This document shows positions 48,606 through 60,563 of a DNA stretch of 64,000 nucleotides, piece after piece. The notes beneath the pieces were generated by a model that saw only the letters and a program-made list of their open reading frames with translations, did not search any database and was not told the DNA's origin. The position numbers and the translations under genes are program-made. This DNA is from Lophium mytilinum (lineage: Eukaryota): contig MU004184.1 in NCBI GenBank assembly GCA_010093605.1, positions 940,801 to 1,004,800 on the forward strand, given 5' to 3'. Positions within the stretch are counted from its first letter, which is position 1. Every line of letters starts with the position of its first letter.

Positions 48606-49862
48606 ATGGACATACATCAGCCTGAGGCTACCCTCTCGCTGACACCACCACGACCGACCTTCAACAGGCAACGAAGCAATTCCGTACCTCTTACCGAACC
48701 ACTACAATGTACAGCAACAGAGGCAGCTATAATGTTCGCTGCCGAACGAGCTGTTCTCAGCCGAAGACGAGCTCCATCTGAAGACGCAGCGACCGAGAGA
48801 AGGAGGCCACTATCAGCCCGAGATCCCAGGAGGAACCAGCAAGATAATATTAGACACTCAAGACGAAGACCACTGTCCAAAGATACACATAGGGACATAT
48901 CCAGCGGGGAAGAGAGCGATAGCGACGATATAGAAAACGATACAGATCATCGGCAGCGCCAAGCCCCACGACGGCCTAATACATCCACTATCAAAGAAAA
49001 CATCAACTCTAATTCAGCACCGGCAACCACTACTCTAGGACGTTCGAATACCAGTCCAACCGCCATGTACTCCGCCGGCCTTGCCAAATTTATCCAGGGT
49101 CGTCTCGTCTCGTTGAATTCACCACCCGGTGGTCAACCGATTCCAAATCCTCGGTCCTGTCCCAATTTCTCCCAAGTACCGAGGAAGTCCCGCTCTCAAC
49201 CAGACGAACGTCGGCACATCGATAATTCAGGCTTCATCAGGCGACCAGTGTTAAGAAGCAGCTTCTCTGCCTGGAGCACACCGGGAGACAGTTCTGCTTT
49301 CGAGGAAGATGAAGACGATATGCCCGTGACTAGCGACACGGAGAAGCCGAAGCAGTACGGCCTCGCAAAGACCTCGACGAACACTTCTACGCCGTCGATT
49401 CTAGACTTCTACCAGACCTCAGCCGCTGGCTCGTCGTTCTTGCTACCAGATACACCCGTCGACCAAGACGGCCAAGAGGAGGAGGCAGATGGCTATCTCT
49501 CCTCCCCCGCTCCATCCACTATAAAGCACTGCCCCATCTCCCGATCGGCGTCAACATGCACTACATCCACCCACGCATCATCGAATCAAGCAGGAGAGTC
49601 TCAGCCTCGCCACACTCCAGGCCCTGCGTCCACATTCAACCTCAGTATTCCAGAGAAGCGCAAATCCTACTTCGCTGCCGCCCCAAGGCCCTTCAAGACC
49701 CTCATGGCTATCTCGCCCTATGAAGGTCAAGCACTGACGCGGGTCTACGACATGCAAGTCCACGGCTCGAAGCGGATTGTTACCGAAGGAATGGCATTTG
49801 AGATGTTCAATGATCTAAAGATGCCTGCGCGGCACTCGATGGCCATGGCGACCCCCATCTGA
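48606..49862 (+). CDS. Hypothetical intrinsically disordered Ser/Arg/Pro-rich protein
   Basis: Uninterrupted ~418-codon ORF with LRSSFSAWS and a more ordered C-terminus (MAISPYEG..EGMAFEM). Confidence 0.65.
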   Translation: MDIHQPEATLSLTPPRPTFNRQRSNSVPLTEPLQCTATEAAIMFAAERAVLSRRRAPSEDAATERRRPLSARDPRRNQQDNIRHSRRRPLSKDTHRDISSGEESDSDDIENDTDHRQRQAPRRPNTSTIKENINSNSAPATTTLGRSNTSPTAMYSAGLAKFIQGRLVSLNSPPGGQPIPNPRSCPNFSQVPRKSRSQPDERRHIDNSGFIRRPVLRSSFSAWSTPGDSSAFEEDEDDMPVTSDTEKPKQYGLAKTSTNTSTPSILDFYQTSAAGSSFLLPDTPVDQDGQEEEADGYLSSPAPSTIKHCPISRSASTCTTSTHASSNQAGESQPRHTPGPASTFNLSIPEKRKSYFAAAPRPFKTLMAISPYEGQALTRVYDMQVHGSKRIVTEGMAFEMFNDLKMPARHSMAMATPI

Positions 49863-50757
49863 CAAACCGTCTCCCTTTTCTTACTAATATCAACCTTCTT
49901 TCTACATTAGAGTGTGCTTACCAAGATGCCGGCCGTCCTCGGAAGTACAACTCTGTTCTTATTACCTTCATTTCTTTTGTCCAGTACTTCCTTGTAATTG
50001 TTTCCGTACATATTACCACGCCTTCTGAAATTGCTACTTATAAGCGAAGGCGAATGGTTTGGTTGGGTTTGAATGGATTATGAAATAAAAATAGACTTGG
50101 CAAAAGGCGTCTATTCGGGGAATTTAAGGGTATATCCACTCGGCGGGTGGGCTTTCTGGTGTAGCTGGAGGATTTTAAGTATATGACGCTGCTCCAATAT
50201 GCAAGTGAGCATATACTGCGTATCGAGATTGAATAAATACGAGTTCAACTTGCATACTCCAAATTCTGTTAATGTGCGTGTAGGTATAACAGTTTGCGCA
50301 GGGTACCTTGGTAGGCTGATTTAAAGATGCGGTGAGCCAATCTAATTTGCGCCCTCCACAACCTTACACCATGCGCGGCATTTTTCAATGGGTTGGAGGA
50401 CATCTTACCACGTCAACGACGTGACACGAACCTTGCAACTGATTCACAATATGCAGGGTTATGGCAAAAGAAAGATTATAAGCACCAAAAGTGAGATTCT
50501 ACCATGAGGCTATCTACCACGCCAGGTGACGCAAAGCCTACCCTATCTGCTCCCCCTTTCCGTTAGAAATACGCCCAACAGCCCCATCAAGAGCCGCCTA
50601 TTTAGCCCCTTTTTGTAATATGAATACTCGACTAACCTCACAAAGACTCCCCCCAAATATAGCACTCCGTGGCCTCTCCCAAGCCTTTTAGTAACGCCAG
50701 CGTAGGCCCTGCAGCTGCTAGAAGACCAAAACTCCCTTATTGTAACCCACACTTCGT

Positions 50758-51807
50758 CTAGAAAGAAGCCCGCAACTCCTCTTCCGAGAGCTTCTTCCGC
50801 AATTTCTTCGCCGCCTCACGCTCTGGGTCCATCTGGTGCAACTCCATCCACTCTATCGCGAACTCGGCCCCGTCATCCACCAGCGCCTTCGGCATGATGT
50901 TCTTGTTGTTGTCGAAATAGTACTCCGCGACACCATGAGCAGTCCTCACAAGCCCGCAAACGTCCAGTGACCAGATACGCCGCCTGAGGATCTCTGCGTT
51001 GATTTCCCGCTCAAAATCCGCCATCTTGTCGAACCCCCCCTTCCACCCTTTCCGCACAAGCCCCGCGAAAGCGAACGCATCGTCCTCAAACTTCGGAAAC
51101 TCGACAAACTCACCCAAGTCCGTGAGCTCGAAAACAGCATCCCGCCCCTTTTCCAGGAAAAACAGCGTCGACGCAAACGCAAACTGCTCCGTCGCGACCC
51201 CCGCGCGATCCATCCCCGGCAACCCAAGCCAATACGGCATCCTAACCTCCGGCAACGGGCGGCCCTTCTTCACGCTATTATCGAACCCCGCGAGCTTCAC
51301 GCACCACGTCTCCGCCTGAAGCAGCACATTCGACGGGCGAATCTCCCCATGCACAAACCCCAACTTCTCCACCCACGCCGCCGCCGCCGCGATCTGCCCC
51401 GCCCACAGCATCTTCTGGTCCCACTTCACCGGATGATGCGCCAATTTCGTCAGGCGCTCGTGGAGCGAGAACGCGGCGCGCTCCACGAACAGCCCCTCCG
51501 GGACGGCGAGGAAGCATTGCAGGATGTGCGGGTGCGGGTGGTGCTGCAGGAAGGCGTAGGCGCGCTTTTCGCGCTTTTGGGCGCGCCAGGAGGCTTTGGC
51601 TTCGTCCCAGCGTGAGTCGATGTGGATGAGCATGTTGTGTAGGATAGTGACTTTTAGCACGACGCGGCGGTCCAGCTTGAAGATTATGCCGTGGGTGCCG
51701 TGGATTGTTTCGTAGGGGGAGGTGGTTAGGGAGAGGTCGGAGAAGGGGAATTGGAGGGCGGGGATTGGGAAACCCATTACTGAGAGGTCGAAGGGACCTG
51801 GGTCCAT
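50758..51807 (-). CDS. Protein kinase-like protein, probably a pseudokinase
   Basis: VVLKV, REKRAY..HPHILQC, VHGEIRPSNVLL, VKLAGFD, TEQFAFAS. An upstream exon is possible. Confidence 0.75.
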   Translation of the reverse strand: MDPGPFDLSVMGFPIPALQFPFSDLSLTTSPYETIHGTHGIIFKLDRRVVLKVTILHNMLIHIDSRWDEAKASWRAQKREKRAYAFLQHHPHPHILQCFLAVPEGLFVERAAFSLHERLTKLAHHPVKWDQKMLWAGQIAAAAAWVEKLGFVHGEIRPSNVLLQAETWCVKLAGFDNSVKKGRPLPEVRMPYWLGLPGMDRAGVATEQFAFASTLFFLEKGRDAVFELTDLGEFVEFPKFEDDAFAFAGLVRKGWKGGFDKMADFEREINAEILRRRIWSLDVCGLVRTAHGVAEYYFDNNKNIMPKALVDDGAEFAIEWMELHQMDPEREAAKKLRKKLSEEELRASF

Positions 51808-52364
51808 TGGGGAGCTTTTGGTGCGGATGGGCTTGGAGTTGAGTTGCTTGACCCTGTGGGTTGCGGAGGTAGATATGGACTTGAAGGGCTCCTAGCTTTT
51901 ACAGAAATGACAGGGTAGATGTTGCGGATGTGGTGGTGCAGATGTGGTGGTAAGGTTGGTGGTGGAGTATTGATTATGGGGGGAGTTTGCGGACGAGGAC
52001 GAGGAAGTAAACACTCTAGGTTTTTATATGGCAGATATGCGTTGCGAAATATTCACCAGCCAAAGCGGCATAGAGAGCGGGAATCGTGGAGGATATCCAG
52101 TTGTAGGTGGCGGGTAGTATAGGCAGTGAAAGCTGTCTATGCCGTTGGTCGTAGCGTTGGCTGTCACCGCCAGCAGAGTGAGATGGGCGAATGCGTCGGG
52201 ACGAAAGACTTCGATATGGACTTTATCGACTAGAGGAATCGCAGCCGAGACAACTATCTGAGGTATTATCCTTCCTCTATGCTCGCTATAAGGCTTGTCA
52301 TGAGAATGGACTGGGTGTGAATGAATTTACCTCTTGGAACCTCTGATCTCAACTCCTCAAAGTC

Positions 52365-53780
52365 CTAAGCTTTCCAATGCATAGCTAGATTTGCTGGCCA
52401 CGGATATCGTTGCCGGTCCTCTTTCATCCATCCCTGGAATATCCCAATCGCTCTTTCCGGGCCTAGGAAGCACGAATGGGCAACACGCCTCACAAGACGG
52501 TCCCTATATCGGACAAAATTAGGAGGCATCTCCGGATTTCCAAGCGCCCCGTCCGGTGCTCGCATACATTTGACAGCTTTCTTCGCTGCTAAATCTAGCG
52601 CTTCTTGCATTTGGTCTACTGACGCTACTTGTCCATGCCAATTTCGCAGCTCAGCTCTAAGAGCTTGGTGGACGACACGAGACTCGAGAAAAGTCACGGG
52701 GTTATCAAGCTGGTATCCGTACGGTAGGACCATCTCGACGTAGATGATGACCTCATCCATGAAATGGATGGCATTGTTTGCACTGACTCTAGCCCGTCTG
52801 TCCGGTAGCAGATGCACACCAAGGGATATAAGTGGGAAGCTGTCGATGTCTACAAGCTGTTCCTCGAGTTTTCGATATCGCCAGAATGCTTGTTCTGCCG
52901 GCAGCGCAAAGCTTAAGCGCTTCAGTACTGGATGTTCCGCACGGCACTGTGGGCATCGTGCATAGCCCTTTAGTCTTGTATCCGGCTGATCGAGCAGGGT
53001 CTCGAAGCACGTGATGCACATATGATGCCCCTTCTCTTTATCGCAAGACAAGATCACGGGTCTATCCTTGTCGTCGTAGTCGTCTCCACAGCCAAAGCAG
53101 GTTCTGTTGTCTTTTGGTAACGCACTAGGACTCGAGGGTTTGAACCTCTCAACATCCGGCCGCCTTGCCCATTTGTACCACGGTGCCCGTAACCCAAGCG
53201 CCTCTATCCGCTGCCTGACGCATAAGCATGCGCGGTCGGTGTTACCTTTGAAGAGGTCGTCCAGTCGGCGCCACCAGTGGTCGTGCTCTGGAGCATTTGA
53301 CGGCTTCAGCTTCTCCCATTCCGCCAGCGGGATCTTGTAGAGCGCCGAGTCTTCTTTGCTTGTCTTGTTGTCCAACCTGAGAAGCGTTCTCCGCTGTATG
53401 ATGATCCAAAGCAGTCCCGCTTTGCCGATGACAAAGATACCTGCTTCAAGAACAGTATTTCCAACAAAGCGTGTAGCTCTGCACATGGCGATATCGAGAG
53501 GCTCGGGGCCGGTGCCGCTTGCGATCGCTTTGGCGGCGTATTCGGCGGCGCTGGGAAGTGGGCGGAGCGTTGGGGAGATAGTAATGAAGGCAGTATCCAT
53601 GTCAGCCTCGCCTTGGGGACGGCGGCGGTTTTCGTGGTTCATGGGAGGAAGAAGACGGAGAAAGTTGGGCTTCTTGCCTAGATGCGAAGGGTAGATGTAT
53701 TTCGTCATATGGTGGCGTTGGGCGACGGTCCCGCCTGTTTGGAACTTGCATCGCGACATCTTCTCCCTATCTGTTTCCAC
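52365..53780 (-). CDS. RING-finger domain protein
   Basis: CFGC..LSC..GHHMCITC..CPQCR. True start uncertain. Confidence 0.7.
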   Translation of the reverse strand: METDREKMSRCKFQTGGTVAQRHHMTKYIYPSHLGKKPNFLRLLPPMNHENRRRPQGEADMDTAFITISPTLRPLPSAAEYAAKAIASGTGPEPLDIAMCRATRFVGNTVLEAGIFVIGKAGLLWIIIQRRTLLRLDNKTSKEDSALYKIPLAEWEKLKPSNAPEHDHWWRRLDDLFKGNTDRACLCVRQRIEALGLRAPWYKWARRPDVERFKPSSPSALPKDNRTCFGCGDDYDDKDRPVILSCDKEKGHHMCITCFETLLDQPDTRLKGYARCPQCRAEHPVLKRLSFALPAEQAFWRYRKLEEQLVDIDSFPLISLGVHLLPDRRARVSANNAIHFMDEVIIYVEMVLPYGYQLDNPVTFLESRVVHQALRAELRNWHGQVASVDQMQEALDLAAKKAVKCMRAPDGALGNPEMPPNFVRYRDRLVRRVAHSCFLGPERAIGIFQGWMKEDRQRYPWPANLAMHWKA

Positions 53781-55032
53781 TGGGGGTGTGGGATAAATGA
53801 GCGGTATCGAGCACGGTTATCTGGTGTCGCGGGAAGGGGGGCGAGGACAATTTATCTCTGAGGCCGCAAGGCTTGTTATGTGTGAGCTGTGCACTCGTTG
53901 TTAGCCAGCGCAGAGCTCGAGAGACTATTTTGCATACCTCAGTATCCCGCATCACGTATACTTCGGTATATAATGGCTTTACCATTGCGAAGAAGGCTAC
54001 CATAGCATGACGCGACATCGTCTCTGTGAGTTGTGAATGAGATGTCTCGGATTTCTTTCGTCCACGAAATACGTGGTCACCATGTTAACATTTCAAATCA
54101 AATGAGTAGAAAAAGTAGGACATTGGGAATTCTAGAGCGATAGGACGTAATAGCTGTGCACGGTTGCAATACTATTGTGCTATCAGACTCCAAGGAGGTT
54201 CTCGTATCAGTCAACGAAGGCCACGCGATGTGAGACGAAGTAGACATACCCAAGATTATGCACCTGTAGGAAGAATACAATTCTATACATTTAGTTGCGT
54301 ATCATAGTACCGCTGTCTTCTGCCACATGGAGAGTATGAGGACATGGTAAACGCAGGCGTGCGAAGGGGCCACGCATCGCTTCCGCTGTGAATGCGCGAT
54401 TCTAGATAACGGGATCCTCGTGAAGAATTCACTCATATCTTTCGACATCATCGCGAGACTACAGAAACAGGGAGACGCGCCAGGTCATATGCAACACCAT
54501 GTGGAAGACACGGAGCCGTGGATCAAGGCTCGGCCGCGCGGTTGTTCCTCAATGGCTGCTGCACGTACGCGTAGGATTTCTGACTTAACACAACCTTTTT
54601 GACGCTGAAATATGATGGGGCGAATGCTTTGGGGCTTTCGATGTTGTGATGTGAGCGCGTTGTTTGAAGGTTGAAGGGTGTGGTTGAAATGACGAAGGCT
54701 ACGTAACCACCGCCAAAATGGATTCCACGCCTTCTCAGCACAACAACCTCTGTTTATTGAGACTGTTGAACAAAGCCGTAGATAAAGCTGTTATCTAAAT
54801 TTTAACTTGGCAGACTTATGTTCTCCGGTTTAATTTGGTGGTGCTAGCGAAAAAGAGAGGGTTGTCAAGCTTGAGCGTGGCTAAGACGTTCTGGGTTAGC
54901 AAGATTGTACCCTGAAACTACACAAAGAATCCTAGCAAATAATCACCCGGCAACCTGCGTTCTGGCCGAAAGATCCGAGTGCAACAGGATCTACAGTATA
55001 TAGGCATTTCAATTTTCAAACTTGATCAAATA

Positions 55033-55117
55033 GCCCGGCTGGCACAATTGGCTAGCGCGTGAGACTTTTATTCATTAAGAGATCTCAAGGTTGAGAGTTC
55101 GAGCCTCTCGTCGGGCG
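55033..55117 (+). tRNA. tRNA-Lys(UUU) with 11-nt intron (55071-55081)
   Basis: Acceptor stem GCCCGGC/GTCGGGC; anticodon arm TGAGA-CT TTT A^A-TCTCA; T arm GAGAG-TTCGAGC-CTCTC; downstream T-runs. Confidence 0.92.
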
Positions 55118-55824
55118 ATTTTACTTTTGTTTTGCCACCCTCTTGTTGGTAGGGTCTAGCTTTTGCTTCATAGGGACGTGAATGAGCGTTTTTGAGGCCG
55201 GCAGGCTTTTTGGGTGGCGGTTCCTTTTGGTTATTTGCCAGCCCCGTAATAGTGAGAGGGAGGTTTGTATCCACTGCCCTACTTTTAAGGAAGACGATAG
55301 CAATGATGTGAATGAAGATAAATCTAAGTTGATATGTTCCGTTTCGATTGGCGGTGCTTGAGCCTATTCGAAATTGACTGTTGGTAGAAACCTCATCGAG
55401 CTTAGCTCATGACTCTGTACATCTATACAACCTCATGGATTCCGTGAGCTGCCTCACTTAGCCTAGGAGCTCGTTGTCAGCCAGCAACTAGTAGCTCGTA
55501 CGCTTATATCACGTTACTTTGTTTACTGAACACCTCTATATATATCTTTATTCACTTCAACATAAACTCATGTTTAACTCAATGTATCTTAAGAACTCTA
55601 GATATTCCGCTAGCAATCAAAAACAAGCCCCTGAGACGCAACGGGTTCAGATATACTCATGTGTGCTTCAGAAAGAGGGAAACCATTGCATTCCAAGATT
55701 TCCTATAAGATGAGTACTACACGATCCTAGAACAGCCAAGTTGAAGTTCAAATGGCCTCTTGCTAATCTTCAAACCGGACTTCCTCCTCGATACCAAGCT
55801 CCTTCTTGTATCCACCTACCCTAC

Positions 55825-56838
55825 CTAAAGGTGCTCATGAAAGAACTTCACGACAGTAGCATACCCCTTCTCATAATCCGCCTTACCCTTCGGATCCTTC
55901 AAATCCCCACGGCTAGTCATCCACCCATGCGGCGCCTCCTCATATCTCTCCACAAGCTTCGGAACTGTCAACGCATCTCCAAAAGCCTTCACAGCTTCTG
56001 CTTCCTCATCCTTAGACGCCAACATGCAGAGCGGAACTGTGATCCCCGGCGCATCAGCCGTATCAAGGCCGGAGGGGTGGAGTTCGACACCGGCCGCGAA
56101 GGGGGTGTCTGCCGCGCAAGAGAGGGAAACAATCTACGTTTTGACAAATGTCAGCAAATCCACGTCGTAAGTGAGGCAGCGTAGTCAGAGGACTCACCTT
56201 AGCACCCCAGCAGTATCCAACCACGCCCAGCTTCTTCATAGTGTCAGACTTCTTGACAGCATCTACTGCACCCAGCAGCTGCGTTAGCATTTTTGGTGCA
56301 TTGCCGGGCCCTTGAGGGCCGAAGTAGCCGCCCATGAGTTTGCGTTTCTCGGGAGTGTCTGGTGGGAACCATGCTGGGTTTGCGAGGTTCCCGGCGAGGA
56401 AGTCGGGGATCAGGACGCGGTATGAGTGCTTGGAGGGGTGGGCGAGGAGGTCGGCGCCCTGGGAGGTGTATGGTTAGCATCATTAGATAGGAGATACTCG
56501 GTCCAAAGAGCCGGAGGATGTCCTGGGTGCTTACTTGGAGGATCTGAGGACTGAAGCCGAAGACGTCGTAGATTAGGATGATGACGGTCGAGGCGTCTTC
56601 GGGCCCGGTGGAATATAGGTACCTTGTTAAGATTGTTGCAACAAGACGAGTATGGCGAGAGGGAAGGCATCATGAACTTACAGGTTTTCAGACCATTGAG
56701 CTCAATGAATTCGCCCTTCTCCGTATACTCGGCTGAGACGGGCGGGATCGTGCAGCATGCCTACCCCGCTTCAGTGATGAATAGGCCCAACTCCCTAAGG
56801 GGAAGGTCACTCACTTCGCTGTGTGCTTGTTGAGCCAT
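55825..56838 (-). CDS. Dienelactone hydrolase family protein, multi-exon
   Basis: MAQQAHSE/ACCTIPPV; IYDVFG; LIPDFL; GVVGYCWGAK nucleophile motif; HGWMTSRGDL. Confidence 0.9.
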
Positions 56839-57598
56839 AGTGTATTCGTTTGCCGAGAGTTAATAAGGGCTAATTGCTAAAGTGATGATGAGGGAAAGAG
56901 GTGACGGCTGCTTGGTTCTATTTTATGATCATCTTCGAGCTCTCAGCCCCCAACAGGACACGTAGATCCCAGCGGCAAAGCAGAGCGGGCACCATAATAG
57001 AAGCGCCCGACCCTCATCTAGCTTTGGAATACGTAGAGATTATTGGGTAGCCACCAATTCTCCTTGCAGCCCGCTAAGGGTCCACATCTCCAACTGCACT
57101 TACTTAAGGCAGCTCGCATGGCTTTGTCATGGCATTATAGACTTCAACCAACATGCCGCCTGTCCATAAACTGACTCCCAACACGTCTTGAATGACCCTG
57201 ATTCGTTCAATGGTGATTGTTGTGGCGCGGAGACCACTCGGAGAAGTGAGTCGGAGCCGCAGAACAAAAACGCCGATGTCCACGATTGACACGATTTGTA
57301 AGAAAGAAACCTTGATATTTGTGGTGGCAAATCTGAATATGGTCTTGTATGTTCAGCTGAAGTGCCTTGCGGTCAGAAAGTCTACGAATGCAATGTGCCA
57401 CGCGGACCTGGTGCCTTCACCGAAACGCCGCACTATAATTCTTGGCACCATTTGATTGGTCAAACATATCTGCCGCTTGGACGTCACATTGCTTTCTCTT
57501 ATCTGCCTTGTATGCAGTTCTCTAGCATGGGAATAGTGTCTTTCGAAATCAGCTTTCTCCTCCGGAGGTTTTTCGGGGGCTCCGCGCTTGCGTAGCTG

Positions 57599-59814
57599 TC
57601 AGTGTGTCTCAAGTAGCTCAATTCCCTTTGCCTTCGCCAGATTCCGGAAATTTCCCAGAGGCGTAACCATGAATGGAATATCCGCCCATGCCGTAAGAGC
57701 CTCGTAGACCATGGAGATAGCAGCTGGGATCTCGTCTAGTACTGTGCCGCAAATGGGACTAGGGTACACCAAAAGCAGGATCATCGTTACAGCGCAAGTG
57801 CTACGCAAAGTAGTATGCGAAACAATGGTTTTGTGTAGAAGTGTCCCTTCGACAGTACGTAGATGTAAGATACATATCATCAAGCACTCTTTGGCTTGAG
57901 CTTCGACGTCCGGATCCACGGCATGCCCACGAGAGAAGCCTGGGGAGGTTGCGGAGTGGTGACTTGTCTCCAGCATCCGAAGAAGAAATGGCCAAGATAT
58001 TGTAGCGATGAGCCCAAAGTATTGAGTGCGTAGGTGTGCTTTATGAGGATCGAATACTGTCGATGTGTCGATCGGGAACTTGAGTGAAGGCGGGAGGTGG
58101 TTGTACCATGATTGGAGCTGCGATCGTAATTCGAGTGCTACCAGCGGGGCGTATATTGCAGACCCAGACTCGAATCCCACAGTCTCCACGGCATCAGTCA
58201 AAAGGCGGCGGAGAGTAGCTATGGCCAGAAAATAGTACAGGCCACTTCCTTGTCCCAAATCACTGACGCAAGCCGCACCAGATGGCAGGGGGATATCTGC
58301 CTGGAACGCTCGAAGCCCGGTGGGCTGGAGCTCTAGGCAAATCTCTAGCTCGTTTTCCAGTACATAGCAAGCCCAGTACACCCGCGCGACTTGATTTTGG
58401 AAAGCCTCGTCTCGGCTACGCCAAGCAGTCTTCAGAAGTAGCATACAGTCTCGTGATGCCGTTGAAATGCAAGACCAAGCTCGCAGTGGCCGCATTGAGG
58501 AAAGCATGTAGCCAGCTTGTAGAATTCGACATACGATCCTTTCGATACCAGTATCATCTAAAGACCATTGCAATTGCTCTAGTATGAAGGTCGCATGGTT
58601 GAACCACAGCTCTTCATCTTTGACATCGTGTCCTCCATCATACAGTATATCTTTCTTTTCGAGGACCGCAGCTATCGCATAGCTGAAAAGCGTGATGCAC
58701 GTCATAGAGTCTGTGTTTTGGAACATATGAGCTTCGGCGTATCGTGCATAGGATGAATATGTCTCGCTGTCAAGCAGTGGCATCCACGATAGATAATCGG
58801 AAGCGAAGATGGATTGAAGAGTCCGTTGCCGTCTTGCAGAGATGTGAAGCGAGTCTAAGCGTGCGAAGGTAGCACGCCCATGATCACGCATTCCATTCTC
58901 TAATGATAGTTGCGATTCAAAGAACTTTGCGGTGTCGTTGTAAGTAAATGACCCTAGAGAAGGTGGCCCATTGAACGTGAGAAGTGTGGGCATTCGGTGA
59001 CCGAGCTGCTGTCCGTTAGGGTTCGACCGCCGGGGACTGTAGATTGCAGGCCGTAGCATCTGATATTGGGTTGGGACGCTACATTATGTACATGGAACGA
59101 CCCTGTTTGCTACTAGCATTGATTGCTGTGGGTGATTGTCATAATCCAACAGGGACGGGTCATTTGGGACAGCGGCGGCAAGGTGAATTTCACATTCGAC
59201 TGGCTTTCTGCATGGCGTTTTCCCATCTCCGAAGGCTGTGAGACTCGAGCTATAGCAGCAGTGGTATGCGAACTTGCAATCGTTTCCGGGGGCGAAAAGG
59301 CTGCTGCGTGAACTTGTTCGTCGGTTCTTGATAGAAGTCTGTCCAAGTTGGCTAAGAGAGTTTGCAGAGAATCTTCCACGTTTTCTAAACGACTTTCGAG
59401 ACGAGTTAGAACGTCTTTGGTGGCGCTGAGTGGCTCTCTGGATGTTCAAATTAGCCTGCATCCATCACTGGCAAAGTCAAGGAAGAAGAGCGGCTCGTAA
59501 GAACTAAACTGGAACAGCGGACAATAATGACAAAACACATACCTATCCCAAAGGTTCGGCTTTCGGTAGTTACAAGTAATTCCATTATCAATGCAATAGG
59601 AACACGCGGGTTTCTTCGCATCGCATCTTGTTCTCCGCGAGCGGCAAACTTCACACTTGAAGGTATGTCGGGTCAGCAAGAATTGTCGGTTATGTTTTTT
59701 TAGTCTTACTGCAATGGACACGCGTTTTCTAGGGTAGTCGACGCCTTTGCTATTTTGTTCTTCGATTGGAAAGGTCGGATTATTTTGTCGACTCTCTGGG
59801 GAGGTATCGTTCAT
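57599..59814 (-). CDS. Zn(II)2Cys6 transcription factor with fungal-specific middle homology region
   Basis: YPRKRVSIA/CEVCRSRRTRCDAKKPACSYCIDNGITCNY; RVYWACYVLENEL; YYFLAIATLRRLL. Internal exon structure partly uncertain. Confidence 0.88.
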
Positions 59815-60112
59815 ACTGTCAAAAGTTCTTTTTTCTGCCAATTTTTGATGTGTATATTGAAGGATGGGATATCCTGGTGGAGACGTCGTGTCGAACTCCG
59901 CGTTAATGTGTCTGGGGTATTTCCCCGCATCCGCATTTAGCTTGGGGCGATCTAAGATCGCTTTGAGCAGTGTTCGCGACCGGGATCGCTTTTCCGTGGT
60001 ACTACGGGGTCGTGAGGCATATATAAATAAGTTGTTACCAGTTTGTTAGAACTGACGTTAACCTGAAGTATTCCTTTCAATTGTATATCTTCTATCAAAC
60101 ATCATCGACTCA

Positions 60113-60563
60113 ATGCCGGGTGAAAAGCAGAAGTACATCAAGCTGCAGGTGTATGTACTGAAGAAGGATGATATATCTGACGATGAATTCCACAAGCATT
60201 GGGCCATTATCCATGGCGACGAATGCAAGAAGGCAAGTCTCGGGATTAGCAGCCTTTGGAGATTTATAGAAGACTAACATCCAAGTGTAGATACCAGAGT
60301 TCAACAAGTATGTGAAACGGTATCAGCAGTTTCACCAGACACCACAGGACCGTGAACTAGCAAAGTCAGTTCTCGGTGACGAGACCTTGCCCTACGACGG
60401 GTGTGCTGAGTTCTGGATGGAAAGCCTCGAGGACTTCAAGAAGTTCCGCGATTCTGAGGGTTTCAAGACGATAGCTATGGCCGACGGCGCGCATTTCATC
60501 GGGGCAGCCCCAGTTTGCATGGTGGGTTCTGAGTGGCTTCAACTCGGTCCAAAAACGTTTTGA
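60113..60563 (+). CDS. EthD-domain (dimeric alpha-beta barrel) protein with GC-AG intron 60233-60290
   Basis: KKDDISDDEFHKHWAIIHG..|..YVKRYQQFH..YDGCAEFWMESLEDF..DGAHFI. Confidence 0.85.
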
